In this document: positions 45,202 through 54,834 of the stretch, one piece after another
Position numbering within the stretch: the stretch's first letter is position 1
How the letters are laid out: each line of letters starts with the position of its first letter
NCBI GenBank assembly: GCA_030654195.1
Contig: JAURXV010000156.1
Coordinates: 207-64,206, forward strand
DNA length: 64,000 nucleotides
Direction: 5' to 3'
Origin: Syntrophales bacterium
GTDB lineage: Bacteria; Desulfobacterota; Syntrophia; Syntrophales; UBA5619
Translations under genes and position numbers: made by a program
The notes under the pieces: generated by a model
What the model saw: only the letters and a program-made list of their open reading frames with translations
Database searches by the model: none
Told to the model about the DNA's origin: nothing

Positions 45202-47496
45202 CTATTTGATGCAGACCCTTCGAACCTGCTTGAAGTCGGTGACACCCTGAATCGATTTGTAGATGCCGTCCTGCAGAAGGGTCGTCATCCCTTCCTCCAT
45301 CGCCAGATCCCGCATCGCTTCGACCGACGCGTGCGTCTGAATGAGCCGTTTGATGCCTTCCGAGGCGACGATCAGCTCGTGGATCCCCATTCGACCCTTG
45401 TATCCTGTATTGCCGCAGACGTCGCACCCCTTCGGCTTGTAGAGCGTGAACTTGTCATCGTAGGGGATGTTCAGTTTCAGGAACGCTTCCTCGCCGTAAC
45501 TCTGCACGATCTCGTCGAATTCCTTCTGGTCGGGATGGTAGGCCTCCTTGCACTTCTTGCAGACGGTCCTGACGAGACGCTGGGCGAGGATGCCGAGGAG
45601 AGCATCGGCGAAATTGAGCGGGTCGATCCCCATGTCCAGGAGGCGGACGATGGTTTCCGGGGCGCTGTTCGTGTGGAGCGTGCTGAAAACGAGATGGCCC
45701 GTCAGCGACGCCTCGACGCCGGTCTTGGCCGTTTCGAAATCACGCATCTCGCCCACCATGATCACGTCCGGATCCGCCCGGAGGAAGGCGCGCATGGCGG
45801 AGGCGAAGTCGAAGCCGATCTTCGACTGGACCTGAACCTGGCGGAGCCCGTACTGGGTGATTTCCACGGGATCCTCGGCCGTCCAGATCTTCCGGTCGGG
45901 CGTGTTGATCTCGTGGAGGGCGGCGTGCAGGGTGGTCGTCTTGCCGGAGCCGGTGGGGCCGACGACGAGGACCATCCCGTAGGGCTTGTCCAGGATGGCC
46001 CGAAGTTCCCGGAAATTGCGGGGCGACATCCCCATCGAGGTGAGGGGCAGGGCATCCCCGGCCGTTGCCAGGAGCCGCATAACCACGTCCTCCACCCCTC
46101 CCTGGGTCGGGATCGTGGCCACCCGCAGTTCGAGTTCCTCGCCGCCCGGCTTCTTGAACTTGATCTTCCCGTCCTGGGGGAGGCGCCGGACCGTGATGTC
46201 GAGGTTCGACATGATCTTGATGCGGGAGATGACCGCTGCGCGGTAGCTGTAGGGGAGGGTCTGATAGATGGCGCAGTCGCCGTCGACCCGGTAGCGGACC
46301 TCGACGTTCTTTTTCGCGACGTTGGGTTCGATATGGATGTCCGAGGCGCGTTTGGCTTGCGCTTCGAGGATGATCTTGTTGACGAGCTGCATGATGACGC
46401 TGTCCGACTCGGAGACAACATCTCCCTCCTCTTCCTGCGGCTGCTCTTCCTCCTCCAGTTTGCCGAGCATATCGGTGAGGGACGACTCGTCTTCGGGGGA
46501 CTGATAGAAGTGGTTGATGAATTTGATGATATCGTCCGGAAGGGAGACGTCGTAGCGGACCGCCTTGGTCTTCAAGAGGTTTTCGATCATGTCCCGTTTC
46601 AGGATGTTGTTTGGATCATCCACGATGATGCGGATGATCCCTTCTTTTCTTTCCAGCGGGACCCATAGTTCCCGGCGGAGATAGTCCCTCTTCAGGTTGA
46701 CCAGCAGATCGCCCGGGATCGGCAGTTTGTCCGAGAACGGGACGAACTTGCAGCGGAAAAATTCTTCGAAGGAGCGGCCGACATCCTCCCGCGGAATCTT
46801 GTATTTCCTCATCATGAAATCTTCAATGGTCTCCTTCGCTTCGCGTGACTCTTCCCAGGCGCTGTCCAGGTCGTCCTCCTTGAGGAGGTCATGGGTGATG
46901 AGATAATCAAAGCGGGTCTTTCGCCGCCGGCTGTACCGTTCCTGGTTGAAGAAGGCGACACCGAGGACGTCCGAGATCTCCTGCAGAAATCCCCTCTCAT
47001 CCTCGGTGAACTTGCCGGGTTCGCCTTTCTTGTTGAGGATCTGGAGAACGCCCATCAGCGTCTTGTTGTGGAAAATCGGGGCGGCGAGGATCTGCTTCGT
47101 CCGGAAACCGGTCTTCTTGTCCCAACTTAAATCAAAGGCCAGCTCCTTGTCGATTTTTTTCAACTCCTCGATATCATAGGCGTCGGCGATGTTGATCACC
47201 TTTCCCGTATTCGCCACGTGCCCGGCGATACTCTTGTTGTTGATGGTAACCCGGATCTCCTTGACCTGTGCGCCGGCGAGAAACATGGAAAAGATTTCGT
47301 TGCGCGGTCGGTCCACCACATAGATGGTGATCGAATGGGCGTTGAAGAGGTTCAGAATCCCATCCTTCAGATCGACAAGGATCTGCTTGATGTTCTGGGC
47401 GGCGTGGATCCGGTTGGTGATGTCAAGAAGGGACTGGCGCAGTTGGAGTTTATCTTCGAGTTCGGCAACCTCTTTGTTTTTGATAGGATCTGTCAT
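45202..47496 (-). CDS. GspE/PilB-family secretion ATPase with an N-terminal GAF domain
   Basis: GAF-like N-terminus (residues about 20-170), T2SSE_N-like segment, Walker A GPTGSGKTTT, Asp/His boxes, and a C-terminal tetracysteine CKKC...CDVC. Confidence 0.85.
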   Translation of the reverse strand: MTDPIKNKEVAELEDKLQLRQSLLDITNRIHAAQNIKQILVDLKDGILNLFNAHSITIYVVDRPRNEIFSMFLAGAQVKEIRVTINNKSIAGHVANTGKVINIADAYDIEELKKIDKELAFDLSWDKKTGFRTKQILAAPIFHNKTLMGVLQILNKKGEPGKFTEDERGFLQEISDVLGVAFFNQERYSRRRKTRFDYLITHDLLKEDDLDSAWEESREAKETIEDFMMRKYKIPREDVGRSFEEFFRCKFVPFSDKLPIPGDLLVNLKRDYLRRELWVPLERKEGIIRIIVDDPNNILKRDMIENLLKTKAVRYDVSLPDDIIKFINHFYQSPEDESSLTDMLGKLEEEEQPQEEEGDVVSESDSVIMQLVNKIILEAQAKRASDIHIEPNVAKKNVEVRYRVDGDCAIYQTLPYSYRAAVISRIKIMSNLDITVRRLPQDGKIKFKKPGGEELELRVATIPTQGGVEDVVMRLLATAGDALPLTSMGMSPRNFRELRAILDKPYGMVLVVGPTGSGKTTTLHAALHEINTPDRKIWTAEDPVEITQYGLRQVQVQSKIGFDFASAMRAFLRADPDVIMVGEMRDFETAKTGVEASLTGHLVFSTLHTNSAPETIVRLLDMGIDPLNFADALLGILAQRLVRTVCKKCKEAYHPDQKEFDEIVQSYGEEAFLKLNIPYDDKFTLYKPKGCDVCGNTGYKGRMGIHELIVASEGIKRLIQTHASVEAMRDLAMEEGMTTLLQDGIYKSIQGVTDFKQVRRVCIK

Positions 47497-47594
47497 GATC
47501 ATCTCCGTTGATTGTGCAACGCCATCATGATGCCCGGTCGCTATCGGAAATATTCCGATAGATCGCATCTATGATTAAAGCTAAATCATCGTGA

Positions 47595-47624
47595 ATAATA
47601 ATTCAATATGAATTTCGATTGCAA
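47595..47624 (-). promoter_or_regulatory. Candidate promoter (TTGCAA-18-TATTAT) for the GAF-GspE gene
   Basis: Minus-strand hexamers in the AT-rich gap between glyS and the ATPase gene. Motif only. Confidence 0.35.
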
Positions 47625-47698
47625 GCCTGTTTTTCGTCGCCCGGTCCTCCGGGGATCCGGGAGCCTCCGAACGGACCTGTGTGATCCGGAGAGTCCGG

Positions 47699-49777
47699 TC
47701 ATCCTTGCGATTCCGTAACAATTCTTGAAAAGTCGGCGACATCGTGGAAGAGGGTGGAAATCTCCTCTAACAGGGAGAGCCGGTTGAAACGGACCTTTTC
47801 ATCCTCCGCCATCACCAGAACCGCCTCGAAAAAGGCATCGACCGGTTCCCTGAGCCGGGCCAGATCGAAGAGAACGGCGGAATAATCCCCCCCGGAGATG
47901 TGGGTCAAGACCGTCTCGCGGATCTTCAGGAACGCCTCGTGGAGATTTTTTTCCTCCGGTCCGGAAAGCAGGGCCGGATCGACGGCGCCGTTTTGAAAAC
48001 CGCGGATGATGTTGACCACCCGCTTGAAGGCGATCGCGAGCGGCTGAAAGTCCGAATGGGACTTGAAGTCCGCCATCGCCCGGATCTTATCATCCGCCGC
48101 GACCAAGCTGTCTATGCCGGTGGCCAGGATGGCGTCGACGACGTCATAGGGGCGGCCCTGCGAGATGAGCTGGTTCTCGAACCGACCCTTGAAGAATTCC
48201 AGCACGGCCGTTTTTGTTTCATCGGAGGGGCGCTTCAGCAGTGGTCCGAGGATGGCGAGGCTCTCATCGATCAGGGAACCCAGTGAAAAAGAATAGCGTT
48301 TCGCCAGAATGATGTTGATCACGCCGAGCGCCTGGCGACGCAACGCGTAGGGATCGGCCGTTCCGGTCGGGATCAATTCGACGCCGAAGAAGCCGCAGAT
48401 CGAATCCGTCTTGTCGGCGATGCTGACGATGGCCCCCTCGCTGGTCTCGGGGAGGTCGCCTCCAGCCGCCGTCGGCAGGTAATGCTCATGGATAGCCTGC
48501 GCCACAACGGGATCCTCGCCGGCCAGCAGCGCGTATTCGCGCCCCATGATGCCCTGCAGTTCGGCGAATTCGCCGACCATCTGGGTGTCCAGATCCGTCT
48601 TTGCGAGCAGTGCGGCGCGATCCACCCGGCCCGCGAGGGTCGGATCGACACGGTTGGCAATCCAGGCGGCGAGTTTCCGGAAGCGCATGACCTTTTCATG
48701 GGATGTTCCGAGAAGGGTATGGAAGACCACTTTCTTGAGATCGGCCACGCGCCGGTCGAGGGGGATCTTCCGGTCCGCCTCGAAGAAGAACCGCGCATCG
48801 GAAAGACGGGCGCGGATCACCTTCTCGTTTCCGCGCTTCACGACCGCGGGATCGCGGGCCAGGGTATTGTTGATCGTGATGAAGTGGGGGAGCAGCGCGC
48901 CTCTATCATCCACCACCGGAAAATATTTCTGGTGGGAGATCATCGTGGTGATGAGCACCTCCTGCGGAAGCTTCAGGTATTCCCGGTCAAAATTCCCGCA
49001 GACGACCGTCGGATACTCGGTGAGGAAGGTCACCGTTTCCAGAAGTTCCTCGGACGGAAGGACGCGGCCGCCGACGGTCGCCGCCGCCTTCCGGGTCTCC
49101 TCGCGGATGATTTCCTTTCGCTCTCTCGGATCGACGATTACGAAACGGTTACGCGTCCCGGTAAGATATTCTTCCCGGCTGCCGACCGGGAAGGAGTCCG
49201 GGCTCATAAAGCGGTGGCCACGGCTGGTGTTGCCGCTTTCGATATTTGCGATCCGGAACGGGACGATCCGGCCGTCGAAAAGGGCCAGGATCCAGTGGAT
49301 CGGTCTTGCAAAGCGGAACTCCTGGTCGGACCAGCGCATCGATTTCCGGAAGGGGATCCCGGTGATGACCTTCGTCAGGATTGCCGGGAGGAGGCCCTCC
49401 GTCGCCTCGCCGAGGATCTTCTTTCGGGCGCAGAGGTACTCCCCCTTCTCCGTCGTTACCCGCTCCAGTTCGGCGATATCGAGGTTCTGCCCTCTGGCAA
49501 AACCGACGGCGGCGCGGGAGGGGTTTCCCTGCTCGTCGAAGGCGACCCTCGCGGCCGGGCCCAGCTTTTCGATCACCTGATCCTCCTGCTGTTCGGCCAG
49601 GTCGTCCGCCGTCAGGAAGAGCCGGCGGGGCGTCCCCATCGTCCGGATCTCCCCGTGACGGATCCGGTTTGCCGCCAGTTCTCCGCGGGCGATCTCCTCC
49701 AAATCCCTGAGCGCCTTCGGCAGAAAGGCGGCCGGGATCTCTTCCGTTCCGATTTCCAAGAGCAGTTCCTTGCCCAT
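47699..49777 (-). CDS. glyS: Glycine-tRNA ligase beta subunit
   Basis: MGKELLLEIGTEEIPA... N-terminus and the overall GlyS length and pattern. Directly downstream of glyQ. Confidence 0.95.
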   Translation of the reverse strand: MGKELLLEIGTEEIPAAFLPKALRDLEEIARGELAANRIRHGEIRTMGTPRRLFLTADDLAEQQEDQVIEKLGPAARVAFDEQGNPSRAAVGFARGQNLDIAELERVTTEKGEYLCARKKILGEATEGLLPAILTKVITGIPFRKSMRWSDQEFRFARPIHWILALFDGRIVPFRIANIESGNTSRGHRFMSPDSFPVGSREEYLTGTRNRFVIVDPRERKEIIREETRKAAATVGGRVLPSEELLETVTFLTEYPTVVCGNFDREYLKLPQEVLITTMISHQKYFPVVDDRGALLPHFITINNTLARDPAVVKRGNEKVIRARLSDARFFFEADRKIPLDRRVADLKKVVFHTLLGTSHEKVMRFRKLAAWIANRVDPTLAGRVDRAALLAKTDLDTQMVGEFAELQGIMGREYALLAGEDPVVAQAIHEHYLPTAAGGDLPETSEGAIVSIADKTDSICGFFGVELIPTGTADPYALRRQALGVINIILAKRYSFSLGSLIDESLAILGPLLKRPSDETKTAVLEFFKGRFENQLISQGRPYDVVDAILATGIDSLVAADDKIRAMADFKSHSDFQPLAIAFKRVVNIIRGFQNGAVDPALLSGPEEKNLHEAFLKIRETVLTHISGGDYSAVLFDLARLREPVDAFFEAVLVMAEDEKVRFNRLSLLEEISTLFHDVADFSRIVTESQG

Positions 49778-49866
49778 GAATGTTCTCCGATCCTCGTTCC
49801 GCCCGGATTGGCTAATTTGCGGGCTTTATCGATATCAATGCCGGGGAAATGGATGCGCTTCCGGCT

Positions 49867-50739
49867 TTATTTCCGGTTCAGCAGCGGGTAGCCCATCTCC
49901 TCCCGCTGCCTGAGGTAACCGTCGGCGCTCAGACGGGCGAGGTTCCGGACGCGGCCGATGTAGCTTGTCCGCTCGGCCACGCTGATTGCCCCCCGGGCAT
50001 TCAGCAGGTTGAAGGTGTGGGAACACTTGAGACAATGGTCGTACGTCGGCAGGACGAGACCTTTTTCCGCCGCACGCATCCCTTCGGCCTCGTACATGTC
50101 GAAGCGTTGTCGGAGCTGGGAGATGTCGGCGGTCTCGAAGTTGTAAACGGACCATTCCACCTCGCTCTGGTGGTGGATGTCGCCGTATTTGATTCCCTGG
50201 GTCCATTCGAGGTCATAGACGTTGTCGATCCCCTGGATGTACATCGCGATCCGCTCGATGCCGTAGGTAAGCTCCGCGCAGACGGGGCGGCAATCGAAAC
50301 CGCCGACCTGCTGGAAGTAGGTGAACTGGGAGATCTCCATCCCGTCGAGCCAAACCTCCCAGCCGAGACCCCATGCGCCGACGGTGGGCGATTCCCAGTC
50401 ATCCTCCACGAAACGGATGTCGTGCTCCAACGGGTCGATGCCGAAGCTCATCAGCGAGTCGAGGTAGAGCTGCTGGATGTTCGGAGGCGACGGCTTCATG
50501 ATCACCTGGTACTGATAGTAGTACTGGAGGCGGTTCGGATTTTTTCCGTAGCGGCCGTCCGTGGGTCTGCGGGAGGGTTCCACATAGGCCACGTTCCAGG
50601 GTTCCGGTCCCAAGGCCCGCAGAAAGGTGGCCGGGTTGAGGGTGCCCGCCCCCTTCTCGACGTCGTAGGGCTGCTGGATGACGCACCCCTGGCCCGCCCA
50701 GTACCGCTCGAGGGCGAAAATCAATTCCTGAAAGGTCAC
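49867..50739 (-). CDS. glyQ: Glycine-tRNA ligase alpha subunit
   Basis: [35 protein letters not shown], highly conserved GlyQ sequence. GTG start after GGAGGAGA. Confidence 0.97.
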   Translation of the reverse strand: MTFQELIFALERYWAGQGCVIQQPYDVEKGAGTLNPATFLRALGPEPWNVAYVEPSRRPTDGRYGKNPNRLQYYYQYQVIMKPSPPNIQQLYLDSLMSFGIDPLEHDIRFVEDDWESPTVGAWGLGWEVWLDGMEISQFTYFQQVGGFDCRPVCAELTYGIERIAMYIQGIDNVYDLEWTQGIKYGDIHHQSEVEWSVYNFETADISQLRQRFDMYEAEGMRAAEKGLVLPTYDHCLKCSHTFNLLNARGAISVAERTSYIGRVRNLARLSADGYLRQREEMGYPLLNRK

Positions 50740-50917
50740 ATCTCCTCCTACAGGTCAAAAATGGTTTCGCAAACGGTTCGATGGATTGGGCTGAACCGCG
50801 GACCGCCTCCGGCCCATCTCCCGGGGTAGCCCCGTTATTTCTTGATATCATGACTGTTTTTACGGGCAGGTTCTTAACACGCCACCCGGCGCATGTCAAT
50901 ACGAAATCGCGGCGGTT

Positions 50918-51694
50918 TTAGATCCCCAGGCGGCGGATTTCATTAAGGACGTGAACCGATTTCAGCTCCCGTCCGAGGAGGTGGCGGATGAAATGGGCGA
51001 GGAGGCGGCGGCTTTCATCTGCGGACTGATCCGAGAGGAGCAGGCGGCCCAGACGGTCGATCTCCATCTCGCGTCCTAAGAGCAGCGTCCGGATTGTTCC
51101 GAGAGATACGGGGATCGCGTCCCGGCTCCCGGGTGCGCAGACGCTGCAGGTCAGACCACCTTTGGCGGCGTCGAAACGGTAGGCAACCTCTTTTACGATC
51201 GGCGTCTTGCAGGAAATGCAGCGGTCCAGAACCGGGTCATAGCCGGAGATCCGGAGGAGACGGATTTCGAAAAAACGGAGCAACGCCTCCGTCAAGGCGG
51301 TTTCCTCTAACAGCCGGAGAAAATCGAGCAGAAGGCAAAATGAGGCCTCGCTCTTCTTGTCTTCCGGCGTGAACTGATCCGTGAGATCGATCAGGCAGGA
51401 GGCGGCCAGTGTTTTTCCCAAATCGGAGCGGATGCCGGGAAAATGCGAGAGGACATCGCACCCTTCGATCAGGGCCAGGCTGTCCGGACTTCTCCGCGAA
51501 AAGAGAATCCGGGAGCAGCAAAAGGGCTCGATCGCGTTTGCAAAACGTTTCCGGCTTCGTCGGGCCCCTTTGGCGATTCCGCGGATCTTCCCGAAGTCCG
51601 CGGTGCAGAAGGTCACGATCCGGTCCGATTCGCCGTAGTCGATCGCCCGTAGAACAATCGCCTCCGTCCGCAGCTCTGTCCTTGACTGGATCAT
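50918..51694 (-). CDS. recO: DNA repair protein RecO
   Basis: OB-fold N-terminus (TEAIVLRAIDYGESDRIVTF) and zinc motif C.SC.....C..C. Confidence 0.9.
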   Translation of the reverse strand: MIQSRTELRTEAIVLRAIDYGESDRIVTFCTADFGKIRGIAKGARRSRKRFANAIEPFCCSRILFSRRSPDSLALIEGCDVLSHFPGIRSDLGKTLAASCLIDLTDQFTPEDKKSEASFCLLLDFLRLLEETALTEALLRFFEIRLLRISGYDPVLDRCISCKTPIVKEVAYRFDAAKGGLTCSVCAPGSRDAIPVSLGTIRTLLLGREMEIDRLGRLLLSDQSADESRRLLAHFIRHLLGRELKSVHVLNEIRRLGI

Positions 51695-51695
51695 G

Positions 51696-53000
51696 TCAGC
51701 AGTCGCGATAGCGGATCTCGCCGCCGACGATCGTCAGGACCGCCTTTCCCTTCAGGGTCCAGTTGTGAAAGGGGGTGTTCTTCCCCCGGGAACGGAAAAG
51801 TCCGCGATCCACGGTCCATTCCCTCTGCGGGTCGATGACCGTGATATCGGCGTCGGCGCCGTCGGCAAGGGTCCCCTTCGGGATGCGGAGGATCCGGGCG
51901 GCGTTGACGGTCATCTTTTCGATCAGTTCCGGAAGCGTGAGAAGACCCTCTTCAACCAGGCCAAGCGAGAGGGCCAGGGAGGTTTCCAGACCCGTGATGC
52001 CGCTTGCCGCGAAGTCGAATTCAACCTCCTTATCGGTCCGGGCGTGGGGCGCGTGGTCGCTTGCGATCACATCGATCGTGCCGTCGCGGAGCCCTTCCCG
52101 GACGGCGTCGCGATCTTCCGCGCCGCGCAGCGGGGGGTAGACCTTCGTGGCGGTATCGAAGCTTCGAACGGCCTCGTCGGTCAGCGTGAAGTAATGGGGC
52201 GCCGTCTCTGCGGTGACAAGGACTCCGCGGGCTTTGGCCTCGCGGATCAGGCGGACCGCGCCGGCCGTGCTGACGTGGGCAATGTGCAGATGCGCCCCGG
52301 TGTATTCGGCGAGGAGGATATCCCGGGCGACCATAACCTCTTCCGCGATCCCGGGGATGCCCGGGAGGCCGATTTCGGTGGAGACGAAGCCCTCGTGCAT
52401 CATCCCGCCCGCGGAAAGGTTCCGGTCCTCGCAGTGCGCGATGACCGGCATGTCCAGCGAGGATGCGTATTCGAGCGCCCGGCGCATCAGGGCGGCGTTC
52501 ATGACCGGCCTGCCGTCATCGGAAAAACCGATGGCGCCGGCGTCCTTCAGGTCCCAATACTCACAGAGGAGGGCGCCCTCCGACTTCAGGCTGATCGCCG
52601 CGATCGGATAGACGTTTGCCAGGCCGCATTCCGCAGCCTTTCTCCGGATGAATTCAGTGACGGACCGGTTGTCATTCACGGGGTTCGTGTTGGGCATGCA
52701 GGCGACAGAGGTGAAGCCGCCCGCCACGGCCGCCTCGCTTCCGGAGGCGATCGTCTCCCTGTACTCGAAGCCGGGCTCCCGCAGGTGGGTGTGCATGTCG
52801 ATCAGGCCGGGGACGACGATCTTTCCTCGGAGATCGAGGATCTCCATGCCGGGGGGAACCCCTTTTCCTCTGCCCTTGCCGGTCTGCTGCAGCCCGCCGC
52901 CGATTCCGGCGATTTTCCCGTTTTCGATCAGCAGGTCCCCCGTTCCGTCCACTTTCCGCGAGGGGTCCACCACCCTAACGCCTTTCAGTAAGAGAGTCAT
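51696..53000 (-). CDS. pyrC: Dihydroorotase
   Basis: [10 protein letters not shown] metal motif, the carboxylated-Lys region, and the ASDHAPH motif. Confidence 0.93.
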   Translation of the reverse strand: MTLLLKGVRVVDPSRKVDGTGDLLIENGKIAGIGGGLQQTGKGRGKGVPPGMEILDLRGKIVVPGLIDMHTHLREPGFEYRETIASGSEAAVAGGFTSVACMPNTNPVNDNRSVTEFIRRKAAECGLANVYPIAAISLKSEGALLCEYWDLKDAGAIGFSDDGRPVMNAALMRRALEYASSLDMPVIAHCEDRNLSAGGMMHEGFVSTEIGLPGIPGIAEEVMVARDILLAEYTGAHLHIAHVSTAGAVRLIREAKARGVLVTAETAPHYFTLTDEAVRSFDTATKVYPPLRGAEDRDAVREGLRDGTIDVIASDHAPHARTDKEVEFDFAASGITGLETSLALSLGLVEEGLLTLPELIEKMTVNAARILRIPKGTLADGADADITVIDPQREWTVDRGLFRSRGKNTPFHNWTLKGKAVLTIVGGEIRYRDC

Positions 53001-53920
53001 GTGGTTCCTCCTGTCAACAGATAGAGAAGGGCCATCCGGACGGCCACGCCATTCGTGACCTGTTCGAGGATGATCGAATGGGGGCCGTCGGCGAGATCCG
53101 GAGAGATCTCCACCCCGCGGTTGATCGGTCCCGGATGCATGATGAGAACGTCCTTCCGGGCGAAACCGATGTTCTTGCGGTTGAGAGAGAAATACTGCGC
53201 GTATTCCCGCAGTGACGGAAAGATGTTCTGCTTTTCCCGCTCCGTCTGGATACGGAGCATCATGATGATGTCCGCGTCCCGGATCGCCTCCTCGATGCGC
53301 ATATGGACGACGACCCCCATCTTCTCGATGCCGCGGGGGATCATCGTGGCCGGGCCGGAAACGCAGACCTGTGCCCCCATCTTCGTCAGGCCGTGGATGT
53401 TGGAGCGGGCGACGCGGCTGTGGGCAATGTCGCCGACGATCGCCACCTTCAGCCCGGCGATTCTCCCTCTCTTCGCCCGGATCGTCATCATGTCCAAGAG
53501 CGCCTGGGTCGGGTGTTCATGCGCCCCGTCGCCGGCGTTGATGATCGACTGCCGGAGGATGCCGGCCAGCATGTGGGGCGCCCCGGCGGCGCTGTGGCGG
53601 ATCACGATGACATCTGGATTCATGGCCTCCAGGTTTTTCGCCGTGTCGATCAGGGTTTCTCCCTTCACGACGCTGCTGGTCGAAGCCGAGATGTTGATCG
53701 TATCCGCGCTCAGGCGCTTGGCGGCGATCTCGAAGGAGGTCCTCGTCCGGGTGCTGGCCTCATAGAAAAGGTTGATGACGGTCTTTCCGCGGAGGGTGGG
53801 AACCTTCTTGATCTCCCGGGTGGATACCTCGATGAAGGAATCCGCCGTTTCGAGAATCAGGTCGATCTCCTGCACGGAGAGTTCCTGGATGCCGAGGATG
53901 TCTTTCCGGTTCAGTTTCAT
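52997..53920 (-). CDS. pyrB: Aspartate carbamoyltransferase catalytic subunit
   Basis: [18 protein letters not shown] and HPGP motifs. 4-nt overlap with pyrC. Confidence 0.96.
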   Translation of the reverse strand: MKLNRKDILGIQELSVQEIDLILETADSFIEVSTREIKKVPTLRGKTVINLFYEASTRTRTSFEIAAKRLSADTINISASTSSVVKGETLIDTAKNLEAMNPDVIVIRHSAAGAPHMLAGILRQSIINAGDGAHEHPTQALLDMMTIRAKRGRIAGLKVAIVGDIAHSRVARSNIHGLTKMGAQVCVSGPATMIPRGIEKMGVVVHMRIEEAIRDADIIMMLRIQTEREKQNIFPSLREYAQYFSLNRKNIGFARKDVLIMHPGPINRGVEISPDLADGPHSIILEQVTNGVAVRMALLYLLTGGTT

Positions 53921-53978
53921 GGTTCAAGCCTCGCATGATCGGGAGTGTCTTCGCAAAACGACCGCGCGTAACATGTAT

Positions 53979-54005
53979 GGGGACACCTTGCGGCAAGGTG
54001 TCCCC
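53979..54005. repeat. 27-nt palindromic unit, CCTTG subtype (GGGGACACCTTGCGGCAAGGTGTCCCC)
   Basis: Perfect 12-bp arms. Differs from 4799-4825 only at the central base. Intergenic between pyrR and pyrB. Confidence 0.88.
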
Positions 54006-54022
54006 GTTTCGAGAAGTCTTCC

Positions 54023-54589
<567 letters not shown>

Positions 54590-54591
54590 TC

Positions 54592-54622
54592 AAAAAAAAG
54601 CCTTCCCCTGATGGGTGAAGGC
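54592..54622 (-). terminator. Leader (attenuator) terminator upstream of pyrR
   Basis: Minus strand reads GCCTTC(A)CCC-ATCA-GGGGAAGGC followed by T8, 30 nt before the pyrR start. Confidence 0.6.
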
Positions 54623-54674
54623 CTGCATACCGATTTTTTAAGGCATCAACTTTTCGCACAAGTCGTCCCTTTTC

Positions 54675-54688
54675 AATCTCGCGGGATT
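54675..54688 (-). promoter_or_regulatory. Candidate PyrR-binding loop in the pyrR leader RNA
   Basis: Minus-strand AAUCCCGCGAGAUU matches 11 of 14 positions of the Bacillus PyrR box as I recall it (ARUCCAGAGAGGYU). It is embedded in the hairpin CCCUUUU...AAAAGGG. Confidence 0.45.
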
Positions 54689-54726
54689 CAATTAAAAGGG
54701 TTTGAGAACCGCCAATTTTCGGTGGG

Positions 54727-54756
54727 AACATACAACAGGAAAACAGCAGAAGTCAA
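54727..54756 (-). promoter_or_regulatory. Candidate promoter of the pyrR-pyrB-pyrC operon (TTGACT-18-TATGTT)
   Basis: Minus-strand hexamers about 160 nt upstream of the pyrR start. Confidence 0.4.
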
Positions 54757-54834
54757 GCCCCAAAATACGGCCGAAAAAAACTGTTGAAATATCGGGTTTG
54801 GTGTTATAGGCAGCCCTACGTGGAGGCGGTGAAC

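Noticed and set aside
50870-50900. T-box riboswitch upstream of glyQS
   Set aside because: Only a GGGUGG fragment resembles the T-box sequence, and I could find no specifier hairpin or conserved AG bulge/distal loop features by eye.
53979-54005. The hairpin between pyrR and pyrB as a second PyrR attenuator
   Set aside because: No U tract follows it on the transcribed strand, it has no PyrR-box-like loop, and the sequence belongs to the dispersed palindrome family.
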